Assembly: GCA_038212275.1 (NCBI GenBank) | Contig: JBBQUR010000006.1 | Span: 96,001 to 160,000, forward strand | Reading direction: 5' to 3' | DNA from: Planctomycetota bacterium | Lineage (GTDB): Bacteria; Planctomycetota; B15-G4 | Length of the DNA: 64,000 nucleotides | In this document: one piece after another, positions 9,206-20,356 of the stretch | How the letters are laid out: each line of letters starts with the position of its first letter | Position numbering within the stretch: position 1 is the stretch's first letter | The notes under the pieces: model-generated | What the model was told of the DNA's origin: nothing | Databases searched by the model: none | What the model saw: only the letters and a program-made list of their open reading frames with translations | Program-made: the position numbers and the translations under genes

Positions 9206-10485
9206 GGCACGAGATCCGCGAGGCGCTGCGACGTCCGCCGCACATGCGTCAGCGCCACGAGCGCCGCCACGACGGCGAGTCCGACGAGCGCACCGGGGAG
9301 GTCCGTCGGTGGCGGTCGCAGGGGCGCCGGCGCGACGCGCGCGAGCCAGGCCGACACGGTCAGCAGCGCGTGGGCCGTCGTGTCGAGAATCGGCCCGGTG
9401 ATCGGATCGAGCGCCGCAAAGAGTGCGCCGGGAAGAATGGCGACGAGGCCGACCGCGAGGATGACGGTGACGAACGGCACGAGCACCGGCGTCGCCAGCA
9501 GTCCGAAGGGCGCCACGCGCCCGAAGGTCTCGGCGCAGAGCGGGGCGGTGGCAAGGAAGGCGCCGCACGGCGCCAGTGCGAGGCCCAGAGGCGGCCGCAG
9601 CACGCCGGCCGCGGCGATGAGGCCGGCCACGGCGAGAAAGGACAGCTGCGCCGAGAGTTGATGGTGCAGCCCGGGCTCCCACGCCTCCATGACCAATGCG
9701 ACGACCGCAAGGCGTCGCAATCCCGGGGATCGACGCGCCGTGCGCAGGCCGATGGCCATGGCGCCGAAGCCGAGTGCGGATCGCACCAGCGGTGCACCGG
9801 CACCAGCCACCAGCACGAAGCTCCACACCAGCAGCGCCGTGCCGAACGCGATGCGCCCGAGCCCCGAGCGCTGCCAGCACGCGACAACGAGCGTCACGTT
9901 CTGTCCGGAGAGCGCCAGCAGGTGCGAGACCCCCAGCCGTGCCCAGTCGGCGGTCACGGGAAAGGGCACGTCCTGCCGTTGGCCGAGCAGCAACGCGGCC
10001 ACGATGCCCTGGCGATCGCGCGCGACGAGCTGCTTCGAGCGCTCCGCCGTGGCGGCGGCCCAGCGGTCGAGCCACGCGCCGCGTGGCGTGCCGTTGCCCA
10101 CGAGCGACACCGCCAGCACGTCGCCGTCGCTGCCGACGCGGGCTCGGACGGCAAGCTCCGTTCCGGCCGGCGGAGGCGAGAGCCCTTCGACGAAGCCCAG
10201 CGCGATGTCACCGCGCGCCGTCTGCAGGAACGGCCGCGCGCCAGGGGGCTCACGCCAGCGTCCGTGCAAGGCGATGGCGCCGGTTGCAGCCGTGTCCGCC
10301 GCCTGGTGCTTCGTCGCGACGTGCGGCGGCGGGATCTGCAGCGGCACCAGCGCGCAGCACAGCAGCGCCAGCACGACCAGGGGGCTTCCGCGCAGCGCCA
10401 CGCCGAGCAGCGGGACCAGCAGCCCCATGCCGGGTGGCGCCAGCAGCGCCGCCAGCGCCAGACCGACTTGCCATGTCTCATGCAC
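9202..10485 (-). CDS. comEC: ComEC/Rec2 competence membrane protein (Competence domain; no C-terminal metallo-beta-lactamase domain)
   Basis: ALLLGQR, GVSHLLALSGQNV, APLVRS, QLSFLAVAGL, AFLATAPL; multiple TM helices. Confidence 0.8.
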   Translation of the reverse strand: MHETWQVGLALAALLAPPGMGLLVPLLGVALRGSPLVVLALLCCALVPLQIPPPHVATKHQAADTAATGAIALHGRWREPPGARPFLQTARGDIALGFVEGLSPPPAGTELAVRARVGSDGDVLAVSLVGNGTPRGAWLDRWAAATAERSKQLVARDRQGIVAALLLGQRQDVPFPVTADWARLGVSHLLALSGQNVTLVVACWQRSGLGRIAFGTALLVWSFVLVAGAGAPLVRSALGFGAMAIGLRTARRSPGLRRLAVVALVMEAWEPGLHHQLSAQLSFLAVAGLIAAAGVLRPPLGLALAPCGAFLATAPLCAETFGRVAPFGLLATPVLVPFVTVILAVGLVAILPGALFAALDPITGPILDTTAHALLTVSAWLARVAPAPLRPPPTDLPGALVGLAVVAALVALTHVRRTSQRLADLVP

Positions 10486-10636
10486 GCCGTGAACGACGGC
10501 GCGCTGGCCTCTGCGTTACAGGGCCCCGTGCGCGAGCCCCTCCGGCGCGGCCGCGCCACGCGATCACCGGAGCAGCGGCAGCGAGCCGGGTGCCGGTTGC
10601 TAAGCTGGCCGGCCGCATGCCCGGACGACTCACGAC

Positions 10637-11478
<842 letters not shown>

Positions 11479-11482
<4 letters not shown>

Positions 11483-12012
11483 CACGCGCGGGCTTCTTCG
11501 CCGGCTCGTTCGACCCGCCGACGCTCGGGCACGTGGACCTCGTGGCGCGCGCGCGCGGCGTCGTGGACGAGGTCATCGTCGGCGTGGGACACAATGCGGA
11601 CAAGACGCCGTGGCTGCCGTTGTCCGAGCGGCTGGCGCTGCTCGCCGAGGTGCTGGGCAGCCGCGTGCGCGTCGTGTCGTACGCCGGGCTTTCGGTGGAT
11701 GCGGCGCGTGCGGCCGGCGCGTGCGTCCTGCTGCGTGGCGTGCGCAGCGAGACCGACATGGCCCTCGAACTGCAGATGGCACTGGCCAATCGCCGGCTGG
11801 CGCCCGAACTCGAGACAATCGTGCTCATCGGTTCGCCGGAGCTGTCGCACGTCAGTTCGCGTCTCGTGCGCGAGGTCCATCGCTCCGGCGGTGACGTGAG
11901 CCTCTTCGTTCCTCCGGCCGTCGTGGCCTGCCTGGCCCGTCGGCCCGGCGCCACGGCCAGCACCGCACCCGTTTCCAGCCCAGCGATCCAGCATCCCGAA
12001 AGGAAAGCATGA
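11479..12012 (+). CDS. coaD: Phosphopantetheine adenylyltransferase
   Basis: AGSFDPPTLGHVDL (T/HxGH motif), LLRGVR, ELQMALANRRL, VSSRLVREV; ATGA overlap with LOG. Confidence 0.9.
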
Positions 12013-12401
12013 ATTCCCGAGTTGCCGTGCAGACCACCGACGCCCCGGCCGCCATCGGCCCGTACAGCCAGGCCATCGTGTGCGGGGACTTCGTCTTCAC
12101 CTCCGGGCAGGTCGCGCTCGACCCGGCGACCGCGCAACTGGTCGGCGCCGACGTGTCCGTGCAGACGGTGCGCGTGCTGGCCAACCTCGCGGCCGTGCTC
12201 GAGAAGGCGGGGAGCAGCATGGCGGACATCGTGCGCACCACGGTCTACCTGCGCGACATGGCCGACTTCGCCGCAATGAACGCCGTCTATGCCGGCAGTT
12301 TCCATGGTGCGCCGCCCGCGCGGTCGACCGTGGCCGTCGCGGGACTGCCCAAGGATGCGCGCGTCGAGATCGACGCCATCGCGCGCGTGCGACGAGCCTG
12401 A
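12009..12401 (+). CDS. ridA: RidA/YjgF/UK114 family enamine/imine deaminase
   Basis: APAAIGPYSQA, SGQV, MNAVY, PPARSTV, LPKDARVEIDAIA. Confidence 0.92.
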   Translation: MNSRVAVQTTDAPAAIGPYSQAIVCGDFVFTSGQVALDPATAQLVGADVSVQTVRVLANLAAVLEKAGSSMADIVRTTVYLRDMADFAAMNAVYAGSFHGAPPARSTVAVAGLPKDARVEIDAIARVRRA

Positions 12402-12402
12402 A

Positions 12403-12975
12403 GTGACACTGGACCTCGCGCTGGGTACGGGCCTCGTGGACCGCGGGCTGGCCGTGCTGGCCATGCTCGCGTCCATCCGCCCGTTGCTGGCGGGCAGCCT
12501 CGGAAGCCGCAGCCACCTCTCGTGGAAGCGCAGCATCGTGCTGCTCTGCGGCGGGGCCAGCGCACTGGTCGGTGCGGTGGGGCTGCTCGCACTGCGCCAC
12601 GTGCTCTTCGCCGAGGACTTCTACCTGCCGTCGCTGCTCGGCGGGACGCTCGCGTTCTTCGGCGGCATGCTCGGCGTGTCCACGCTCATCGCGGGACGCG
12701 GCCCGAGCGGCCTGTCGGAGGACAGCGCCCTGCGGTCGGCGACGCAGGCCGTCGCCATGGTGCTTTACGTCGCGGCGCCGCGTCCGGCGCTGGCGCTGCT
12801 GGGGGCCACGCGGCTGCTGCGCAGCGCGCTTCCCTGGACGACGTCCGAGCGTCGCGGGTGGCGCATCGTCGAAGGGCTCGCGCTCATCGCCTTGTGTTTC
12901 GTGCCGCGGGACGCGTCGCTGGGCGGACTGCGCATCCTGGCGCCGGACCTGCTGGCCGTCATCCGCCAGGGCTAG
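12403..12975 (+). CDS. Hypothetical membrane protein
   Basis: GTG 1 bp after the ridA stop, in frame with ORF 12289..12975; several hydrophobic segments; no recognised family. Confidence 0.55.
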   Translation: MTLDLALGTGLVDRGLAVLAMLASIRPLLAGSLGSRSHLSWKRSIVLLCGGASALVGAVGLLALRHVLFAEDFYLPSLLGGTLAFFGGMLGVSTLIAGRGPSGLSEDSALRSATQAVAMVLYVAAPRPALALLGATRLLRSALPWTTSERRGWRIVEGLALIALCFVPRDASLGGLRILAPDLLAVIRQG

Positions 12976-13079
12976 GCGCTCACGTCCTGAAGCCACGACG
13001 GAACTGCGACGAAACAGCAGCGAGTCGCGCGTGGCATGAGCTGCGCCGCAGCCCGTGTGGCCGACCTTCAACACCGGAC

Positions 13080-13148
13080 GCAAGTCCCGCATTTCCAGAT
13101 GCTTGCACAAGCGCTGCGATTGACACACCACGCGCACCTGCTTACGGT
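13080..13148 (+). promoter_or_regulatory. Sigma70-type promoter of the ABC operon with an upstream IHF-like imperfect palindrome
   Basis: TTGACA (13120-13125) - 17 bp - TACGGT (13143-13148); upstream GCAAGT-N15-GCTTGC (13080-13106). Confidence 0.65.
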
Positions 13149-13252
13149 GCGCGCCGCCGATCGCCGCCGATCGCCGGCGCCGCCCAGGCATCGGATCGCA
13201 CCCGAAAGCCCGGGACCCTGGCGGCGTCCCGAAGCACACCCGGAGACCTGCC

Positions 13253-15340
13253 ATGAAGCGCACGCCCGTGATGTTCGCCGGCCTCGTGGTCGCAGCCGCT
13301 GTCGGCATGGCAGGGGTCGGGTGCGGGCAGGACGCGGGCTCGCCGGCGGTGCGCGGCGCCGATGCGAAGAGCGCCCTGCCATCGGCCGCTGCCGCGGACG
13401 ACCCGGGTGCGTCGTCGGCGGCGATGCAGGCGTCCCTCGAGACACTGGCCGAGCAGTTCGGCGGCGGCGTGCGGCCCGAGGACGTCGGAGGCCCGCACGT
13501 TCCGCCGATCGACCTCTTCAACCCGGACAAGCGCGAGGCCAGGCCGGCGCTCGGCGGACGCGTCATCGCGCACATGCCCACCGAGCCGGCCAACATCAAC
13601 TACATGCTCGACAACCAGGGCACGACGACGACGATCCTCAAGTCGTGTCACTCCGCGCTGCTGCTCTTCAACTGGGAGACCTGGAAGCAGGAGCTGGCGC
13701 TGGCCGAGCGCATGGACATCGAGGACACGCTCATCCTCAAGGGCGGCCGCGGAGCGGACAACGGCAACATCGTCTTCGGCAAGGTCGTCGAGGACGGCGA
13801 CGACTACGTCGTGACCTCCGGCAGCCCGGCGCACGCGATGGAGGAACGGCGCGTGCCGAAGGCCGACGTCGAGTCGCTCGAGCGGGGCACCGTCTTCACC
13901 TTCAAGCTGCGCCCCGACGTGCTCTGGCAGGACGGGCATCCCTTCGACGCACAGGACGTGCTGTTCACGTGGCAGGCCTACCTCAACCCCACGGTGAAGT
14001 GCGAGCAGTCGCGCTTCCGCTTCCAGGAAATCGTCGCGGGCGAGCTGCTCGACAAGCTCGCGGTGCGCTTCTTCTACCGGCAGCAGTACTACTCCGCGGT
14101 CGAGACCTTCAACGACTCGATGTGCATCCTGCCGCGGCACCTCTACGACCTGCACGACCCGGACAACAAGGACTTCGACGCGAAGGCGACGGCCGAGCAG
14201 TGCGGCACGTACATCAACGACAACCCGCACAACATCGAATGGGTGGGGCTGGGGCCGTACCGCGTGACGAAGTGGGAGCGCAACCAGTACATCGAGGCCG
14301 AGCGCTTCCCCGGCTACTTCGAGAAGGATCCCGCCAGGGCCGGCTACCTCGACACGCTGCGCTGGCGCTTCATCAAGGATGACGACGCAGCCTTCAACGC
14401 GCTGCTCAACGGCGACATCGACATCTTCTGGCGCGTGAAAACCGAGGACTACATGGGCGACAACACGGCCCAGAAGGCCTTCGTCGACCGCTACTACAAG
14501 GCCTACACCTATGCCGGCCAGTACAACTACACCGCGTGGAACATGTCCCGCAGCAAGCTGAGCGACGTGCGCGTGCGCACCGCGCTGGCCCTGGCCTTCG
14601 ACGTGCGCGGCTGGATCAAGTCCAAGTACTCGGGGCTCGCCGTGGCTGTCACCGGGCCGGCCTTCTTCCTCTCGCCGGCCTACAACCGCGAGGTCCTGCC
14701 GCTGCCGTACGATCCGGACAAGGCCGAGGAACTGCTCACCGAGGCCGGGTGGTATGACCGCAACGGCGACGGCACCGTGGACAAGGACGGCGAGGAACTG
14801 GTCATCGGCTTCCTCTACCCGGCGGGCAACAAGGCCAGCGAGTCCCTGGCCACGAAGATGCAGGAGAGCTACGCGAAGATCGGCGTGAAGCTCGCCATGG
14901 AGCCCATGGAATTCGCCTCGATGCAGGAGCGGATGAAGGACCGCAAGTTCGATTCGGCCAGCCAGTCGTGGACCATTCCCGAACTGGAGAGCGATCCATA
15001 CCAGATCTGGGACAGCGCGCAGGCGGCCGTCGGACTGCGCAGCTCGAACTATTCGGCCTACGCGGACCCGCTCACGGACGAACTCATCGACAAGGGCCGC
15101 CGCGAGCTGGACTTCGCCACGCGCCAGGATGACTGGCGTGCGATGCACAAGCGCATCTACGAGCTTCAGCCCTACATGTTCGGGCAGACGCCGCCGATCA
15201 AGATCGCCTTCAACAAGGCGCTGCGCGGCGTCAAGCTCTTCAACTTCACGCCCGGCTTCCGGCTGCGCGACCTTTACTACCCGGAAGGCACGCCCGGCAC
15301 GCGCCCCATGGACGGTGTCGGCGGCGGCAGCGGCCGCTAG
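13253..15340 (+). CDS. ABC transporter substrate-binding lipoprotein, family 5 (peptide/nickel, OppA/AppA-like)
   Basis: Signal peptide ending GVGC; FKLRPDVLWQDGHPFDAQDVLFT; GLGPYRVTKW; DVRVRTALALAFD; YDPDKAEELLTEAGW. Confidence 0.9.
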   Translation: MKRTPVMFAGLVVAAAVGMAGVGCGQDAGSPAVRGADAKSALPSAAAADDPGASSAAMQASLETLAEQFGGGVRPEDVGGPHVPPIDLFNPDKREARPALGGRVIAHMPTEPANINYMLDNQGTTTTILKSCHSALLLFNWETWKQELALAERMDIEDTLILKGGRGADNGNIVFGKVVEDGDDYVVTSGSPAHAMEERRVPKADVESLERGTVFTFKLRPDVLWQDGHPFDAQDVLFTWQAYLNPTVKCEQSRFRFQEIVAGELLDKLAVRFFYRQQYYSAVETFNDSMCILPRHLYDLHDPDNKDFDAKATAEQCGTYINDNPHNIEWVGLGPYRVTKWERNQYIEAERFPGYFEKDPARAGYLDTLRWRFIKDDDAAFNALLNGDIDIFWRVKTEDYMGDNTAQKAFVDRYYKAYTYAGQYNYTAWNMSRSKLSDVRVRTALALAFDVRGWIKSKYSGLAVAVTGPAFFLSPAYNREVLPLPYDPDKAEELLTEAGWYDRNGDGTVDKDGEELVIGFLYPAGNKASESLATKMQESYAKIGVKLAMEPMEFASMQERMKDRKFDSASQSWTIPELESDPYQIWDSAQAAVGLRSSNYSAYADPLTDELIDKGRRELDFATRQDDWRAMHKRIYELQPYMFGQTPPIKIAFNKALRGVKLFNFTPGFRLRDLYYPEGTPGTRPMDGVGGGSGR

Positions 15341-15359
15341 GTCCGGGCGCGGAGCGGTC

Positions 15360-16367
15360 ATGTTCGTCTACGTTCTGCGCCGCGTGCTCTGGATGGTGCC
15401 GACCATGCTCGGCATCACGTTCCTGCTGTTCCTCGTGATGCAGCTCGCGCCGGGCGATCCGGCCTCGGTGCTGTTCGGCAACGCGGGCGAGATGGGCGGT
15501 GCGAGCACGAACGCGGCGGGCGGCATCGAGGACGCGATCCGCAGGTTCCGCGAGCAGAATCACCTCGACGAGCCGATCCCGAGCCAGTACCTGCACTGGC
15601 TGAAGTCCGTCGCCATGCTGGACTTCGGCGCGGAGTTCGCGCGACCGAATGTGCGCATCATGGACGAGCTCGGGCGCCGGATGCAGGTCACCGTGCCGCT
15701 TGCCGTGATCTCCGTGCTGCTGAGCTACCTCATCGCGTTGCCGCTGGGCATTCTCTCCGCGGTCCGGCAGCGCTCGCTGCTCGACAAGTCGGCGACACTC
15801 GCGCTCTTCCTGCTCTACTCGCTGCCGCAGTTCTGGGTGGGCCTGATGCTGGTGCTCGTCTTCGGCGCCACCGGACTGCACTGGCTGCCCGTCATCGGCC
15901 TGCACGACAAGGACATCTCCCCCGACGCCGGCTGGGCGTACTGGAAGGATCTGCTGCTGCACGTGATCCTGCCGATCACGGTCCTGACCTTCGGCGGACT
16001 GGCGTACCTGTCGCGGCAGATGCGCGTCGGCATGCTCGAGGTCGTGCGGCAGGACTACATCCGCACCGCGCGCGCCAAGGGGCTCCCCGAGAGGACGGTG
16101 ATCATGCGCCACGCGCTGCGCAACTCGCTCATCCCGGTGGTCACCGTGTTCGCGACGATCCTGCCCGTGCTCATCGGCGGCTCCGTGATCGTCGAGCTGA
16201 TCTTCGACATTCCCGGCATGGGGCTCTACGCCTACGAAGGCCTGCTGAAGCGCGACTACAACGTGGTCATGGCGACCACCACGCTCTCGGCGCTGCTCAC
16301 GCTCTGCGGCTTCCTGATCTCGGACATCCTGTACGGCCTCGTCGATCCGCGGATCAGCTATGACTGA
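15360..16367 (+). CDS. Peptide ABC transporter permease (OppB/DppB-like)
   Basis: YVLRRVLWMVPT, APGDP, EAA loop DYIRTARAKGL...HALRNSLIP, C-terminal DPRISY. Confidence 0.92.
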   Translation: MFVYVLRRVLWMVPTMLGITFLLFLVMQLAPGDPASVLFGNAGEMGGASTNAAGGIEDAIRRFREQNHLDEPIPSQYLHWLKSVAMLDFGAEFARPNVRIMDELGRRMQVTVPLAVISVLLSYLIALPLGILSAVRQRSLLDKSATLALFLLYSLPQFWVGLMLVLVFGATGLHWLPVIGLHDKDISPDAGWAYWKDLLLHVILPITVLTFGGLAYLSRQMRVGMLEVVRQDYIRTARAKGLPERTVIMRHALRNSLIPVVTVFATILPVLIGGSVIVELIFDIPGMGLYAYEGLLKRDYNVVMATTTLSALLTLCGFLISDILYGLVDPRISYD

Positions 16368-18108
16368 CGCACGAGATCCCCGGGCCGCGCCGCCCGGAGC
16401 CGCGGTCTACAGCAAGGACTACTGGGACCTGGTCCTCGCGCAGCTGCGCAAGCGGCCCTCGGTGCGCCTCTCGCTGGTGCTGCTCGCGCTGCTCTATGGC
16501 ACGGCGATCTACGCGCCCTTCCTCGCGGGTGACCGGCCGCTGATGATCCGTGCCACGGACGCGGCCAGCTACCGCAAGGCGCAGCGCCTGCTCGTGCCGA
16601 TCGCGACGAACTACCGCGGCCTGGTCGTGGCCGGCGAGGCGGGCTTTCATCCGCCGGCGGCGAAGCCCGGCGAGTCGGCGCAGAGCTTCGACAGCGCGCT
16701 GGCCGCGGAGGGGGACGCCCTGCGCCAGAAGGCGGAGCTCATGGCCGGCCAGCTCTCCCGCGAGGACGACGTGCTGCTGCGCGAACTGCTGGCCGCACTC
16801 GATGCGGCGGACCGAGCGACCGTCGGCCACGATGCCGCGGCGGCCGCGGCCGCCGGCGACCGGGCCGTCGAGCTGGCAAAGCGCGCCAAGGCGCAACTCG
16901 TGCCGACGGAAGCGGGCGCGGCTCCGGAGGCCGGGCGCAGCGTCACGCTGTGCGAACGCACGCTCTGGCCAGCCTTCGATGCGATCTCGCGCGGCGAGCT
17001 GTACTTCATGGGTCTGTGGCTGCTCGTGCTGAGCTGGCCGCTGTGGAATGCAGCCGTCAACCGCTGGCTGCTGCGTGGCGACCGCGAGGCGATCCGCCAC
17101 GCGCGCCGCCGCAAGGCGCTCGCGCTCGTCCTGCTGCCGCTGCTGCCGCTGCCCTTCTGGAGCAGCGACGCGGACCCGTTCGCGACCAGCCCGTACAAGG
17201 CGGGTCTTGGAAACGGCGACATCGTGGCCAGCAAGGTCGTCTTCCCGCTGCTGGCCTTTGGTCTCGCGGAGCAGAACGATGCGGAGTACTACCGCGCGCC
17301 CACCTGGCACGAGGACTCCGAGTTCGACGAGGCGGGGCGGCGCGTGCACGCCCGGCACGCTCCGGCCGCCACGGACTTCGCCGCGACAAGCTCTCCCGTC
17401 GAGGTGCGCTACGCCGAGCCCGCGCTGAACGCGGCCAGCCGGCATCCGCTGGGCACGGACACGCTCGGGCGCGACGTCCTCGTGCGCCTGATCTGGGGCG
17501 GGCGCGTCTCACTCTCGGTCGGCCTGGTGTCCACGCTCTTCCTCGTGCTCATCGGCGTCGTGCTCGGCGCGCTGGCCGGCTACTACGGCGGCGTCACGGA
17601 CCTGGTCATCTCGCGCATCATCGAGATCTTCCAGTGCTTCCCGGCCTTCTTCCTCATCCTGATCGTCGTGGTCTTCCTCGGGCCGAGCATCATCAACATC
17701 ATGGTCGTGCTGGGCATCACACGCTGGCCCGGCGTGGCGCGGCTCGTGCGCGGCGAGTTCCTGCGGCTGCGGGAGCAGGACTTCGTCGTGGCCAGCGAGG
17801 CGCTGGGCGTGCCCGAACGCCGCACGATCTTCCGGCACATCCTGCCCAATGCGATGGGGCCGGTGCTGGTGGCCGCGACCTTCAGCGTGGCCAGCGGCAT
17901 CCTCACGGAATCGGCCCTGTCCTTCCTCGGCTTCGGCGTGCTCGCGCCGGTGCCGAGCTGGGGCAGCCTGCTCACCGAGAACCGCTCGCCCGAGTACTGG
18001 TGGATCCAGATCTTCCCGGGTCTGATGATCTTCCTGACCGTCACCCTCTACAACCTGCTGGGCGAGGGCGTGTCCGACGCGCTCGACCCGCGACAGAAGA
18101 CCGCATGA
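16360..18108 (+). CDS. Peptide ABC transporter permease (OppC/DppC-like) with a large N-terminal insertion
   Basis: [25 protein letters not shown] loop [10 protein letters not shown]...RHILPNA, DALDPR; 582 aa. Confidence 0.9.
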   Translation: MTDARDPRAAPPGAAVYSKDYWDLVLAQLRKRPSVRLSLVLLALLYGTAIYAPFLAGDRPLMIRATDAASYRKAQRLLVPIATNYRGLVVAGEAGFHPPAAKPGESAQSFDSALAAEGDALRQKAELMAGQLSREDDVLLRELLAALDAADRATVGHDAAAAAAAGDRAVELAKRAKAQLVPTEAGAAPEAGRSVTLCERTLWPAFDAISRGELYFMGLWLLVLSWPLWNAAVNRWLLRGDREAIRHARRRKALALVLLPLLPLPFWSSDADPFATSPYKAGLGNGDIVASKVVFPLLAFGLAEQNDAEYYRAPTWHEDSEFDEAGRRVHARHAPAATDFAATSSPVEVRYAEPALNAASRHPLGTDTLGRDVLVRLIWGGRVSLSVGLVSTLFLVLIGVVLGALAGYYGGVTDLVISRIIEIFQCFPAFFLILIVVVFLGPSIINIMVVLGITRWPGVARLVRGEFLRLREQDFVVASEALGVPERRTIFRHILPNAMGPVLVAATFSVASGILTESALSFLGFGVLAPVPSWGSLLTENRSPEYWWIQIFPGLMIFLTVTLYNLLGEGVSDALDPRQKTA

Positions 18109-19145
18109 GCGACCAGAGAACTCCGGCCGCGAACCACGAGCCGCGTGCGATGAACGACACGCTGCTCGAGATCCGCAACCTGGCCACGTGCTTCGACACT
18201 GACGACGGCGTCGTGCACGCCGTCGCGGGCGTGAGCTACCGCATCGCGAAGGGCGAGACGCTTGGCGTCGTGGGCGAGTCGGGCTGCGGCAAGAGCGTCA
18301 CGGCCATGTCCATCCTGCGGCTCAATCCGGTGCCGCCCACGCGCTACGTGGGCGGGCAGATCCTCTTCCGCGGACGCGACCTGCTCACGCTGCCCGAGCC
18401 GGAACTCCGGGCGGTGCGCGGCAACGAGATCGCGATGATCTTCCAGGAGCCGATGACCTCGCTGAACCCCGTGTACACGGTCGGCGCGCAGATCGCCGAG
18501 GTGCTCACGCTGCACCGCGGCATGAAGGCCGGCGAGGCGCGGGAGCACGCCATCGGCATGCTGCGCAAGGTGGGCATCCCGTCGCCCGAGACGCGCGTCG
18601 ACGAGTATCCGCACCAGATGTCCGGCGGCATGAAGCAACGCGTGATGATCGCGATGGCTCTGGCCTGCGACCCGGCGCTGCTCATCGCGGACGAGCCGAC
18701 GACCGCGCTCGACGTCACCATTCAGGCACAGATCCTCGAGCTGCTGCAGGAGATGCAGGCGCAGCTGGGCATGTCCATCCTGCTGATCACGCACGATCTC
18801 GGCGTGGTGGCCGAGACGGCCGACCACGTCGCGGTGATGTATGCAGGCCGCATCGTGGAGTACGCGGCCACCGACGAGCTCTTCGCGCGGCCGCTGCATC
18901 CGTACACGTGGGGGCTGTTCCAGTCGCTCCCGGAGATGCACGCGGCGGGCGACCGGCGCCTGCGCGAAATCCCGGGCACGGTCCCCAACCCGCTGCACCT
19001 GCCGAGCGGCTGCCCCTTCCGCACGCGCTGCAGCAACGCCATCGCCCGCTGCGCGCAGGAGGAGCCGCCGCTCGTGCCGCACGGCAAGGGCCATCTGCTC
19101 GCGTGCCACGTGCCGATGGACGTGCCGTCGGGGGTGTCCTCGTGA
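18105..19145 (+). CDS. Peptide ABC transporter ATP-binding protein (OppD/DppD-like)
   Basis: [28 protein letters not shown]-terminal [12 protein letters not shown] overlap with upstream gene. Confidence 0.93.
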   Translation: MSDQRTPAANHEPRAMNDTLLEIRNLATCFDTDDGVVHAVAGVSYRIAKGETLGVVGESGCGKSVTAMSILRLNPVPPTRYVGGQILFRGRDLLTLPEPELRAVRGNEIAMIFQEPMTSLNPVYTVGAQIAEVLTLHRGMKAGEAREHAIGMLRKVGIPSPETRVDEYPHQMSGGMKQRVMIAMALACDPALLIADEPTTALDVTIQAQILELLQEMQAQLGMSILLITHDLGVVAETADHVAVMYAGRIVEYAATDELFARPLHPYTWGLFQSLPEMHAAGDRRLREIPGTVPNPLHLPSGCPFRTRCSNAIARCAQEEPPLVPHGKGHLLACHVPMDVPSGVSS

Positions 19146-20179
19146 GCGCGCCGCCTGCCGCGCCCGCTTCAGCCGCCGTCGCCGGTGCGCCGGGCCGTCC
19201 GCTGCTCGACGTGCGCGACCTGCGCAAGCACTTCCCGGTGCGCAAGGGGCTGTTCTCGCGCGTGGTCGCCAGCGTGAAGGCCGTGGACGGCGTGAGCTTC
19301 CACCTCGCTCCGGGCGAGACGCTCGGCCTCGTCGGCGAGTCGGGCTGCGGCAAGACCACGGTGGGACGCTCGATCCTGCGCCTCATCGAGCCCACCGGCG
19401 GCAGCGTGCGCTTCGACGGTCAGGACGTGCTGGCGGCGGGCCGCGACGAGCTGCGCGCCATGCGCCGGCACATGCAGATCATCTTCCAGGACCCGTACGC
19501 CTCGCTCAATCCGCGCATGTCCGTGGCGGACATCGTGGGCGAGGGTCTGCGCGTGCACGGCCTGGTGTCGGGCCGCGCGCAGCTGCAGGAGGCCGTGCGC
19601 GAGCTGCTCGTCAAGGTGCGCCTCGATCCGAGCTACGTGAACCGCTATCCGCACGAGTTCTCGGGCGGGCAGCGCCAGCGCATCGGCATCGCGCGCGCCC
19701 TGTCGCTGCGCCCGCGCTTCATCGTGTGCGACGAGGCCGTGTCCGCGCTGGACGTCTCGATCCAGGCGCAGATCATCAACCTGCTCATGGACCTGCGCGA
19801 CGAGTTCGGCCTCGGCTACCTCTTCGTCGCGCATGACCTCTCGGTGGTGCGGCACATCAGCCACCGCGTCGCGGTCATGTACCTCGGGCGCATCGTGGAG
19901 ACCGGCGCCACGGCCGACCTCTTCGCGCAGCCGAAGCATCCTTACACGAACGCCCTGCTCTCGGCCGCGCCGGTGGCCGACGCCCGTCGGCGCAAGCAGC
20001 GCATCATCCTGCGCGGCGACGTGCCCTCTCCGAAGAACCCTCCGCCCGGATGCGCCTTCCACACGCGCTGTCCCGCCGTGATGGAGATCTGCCGCAGCGA
20101 GGCGCCGCCGCTGCGCGATGTCGGCGGAGGCCACCACTACGCCTGCCACCTGCCGCCGGAGCGCGCGCCGCTCGGCTGA
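19142..20179 (+). CDS. Peptide ABC transporter ATP-binding protein (OppF/DppF-like)
   Basis: [38 protein letters not shown] overlap. Confidence 0.93.
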   Translation: MSAPPAAPASAAVAGAPGRPLLDVRDLRKHFPVRKGLFSRVVASVKAVDGVSFHLAPGETLGLVGESGCGKTTVGRSILRLIEPTGGSVRFDGQDVLAAGRDELRAMRRHMQIIFQDPYASLNPRMSVADIVGEGLRVHGLVSGRAQLQEAVRELLVKVRLDPSYVNRYPHEFSGGQRQRIGIARALSLRPRFIVCDEAVSALDVSIQAQIINLLMDLRDEFGLGYLFVAHDLSVVRHISHRVAVMYLGRIVETGATADLFAQPKHPYTNALLSAAPVADARRRKQRIILRGDVPSPKNPPPGCAFHTRCPAVMEICRSEAPPLRDVGGGHHYACHLPPERAPLG

Positions 20180-20356
20180 GCTAGCTCCTGGTGCGGCGCG
20201 TTCCCGGTGCGGCGCGTTCCGCACGCCGGCTCACCCGGGCCGCGACAAGGGTGGTATGGTGCCGCGCTCCCCCGAACGAACGGTCGCGCGACGGCGGCGG
20301 TCTGCCCGCCGTGCGACCGGTGTCTCCATGGCCGTGTCTCTCTCCGGGTTTCCTGC

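Noticed and set aside
20189..20220. 16-bp direct duplication GGTGCGGCGCGTTCC(C/G), and the (GGTGCG)n run near 60269-60290
   Set aside because: Short GC-rich slippage duplications with no supporting context; not target-site duplications of any visible element
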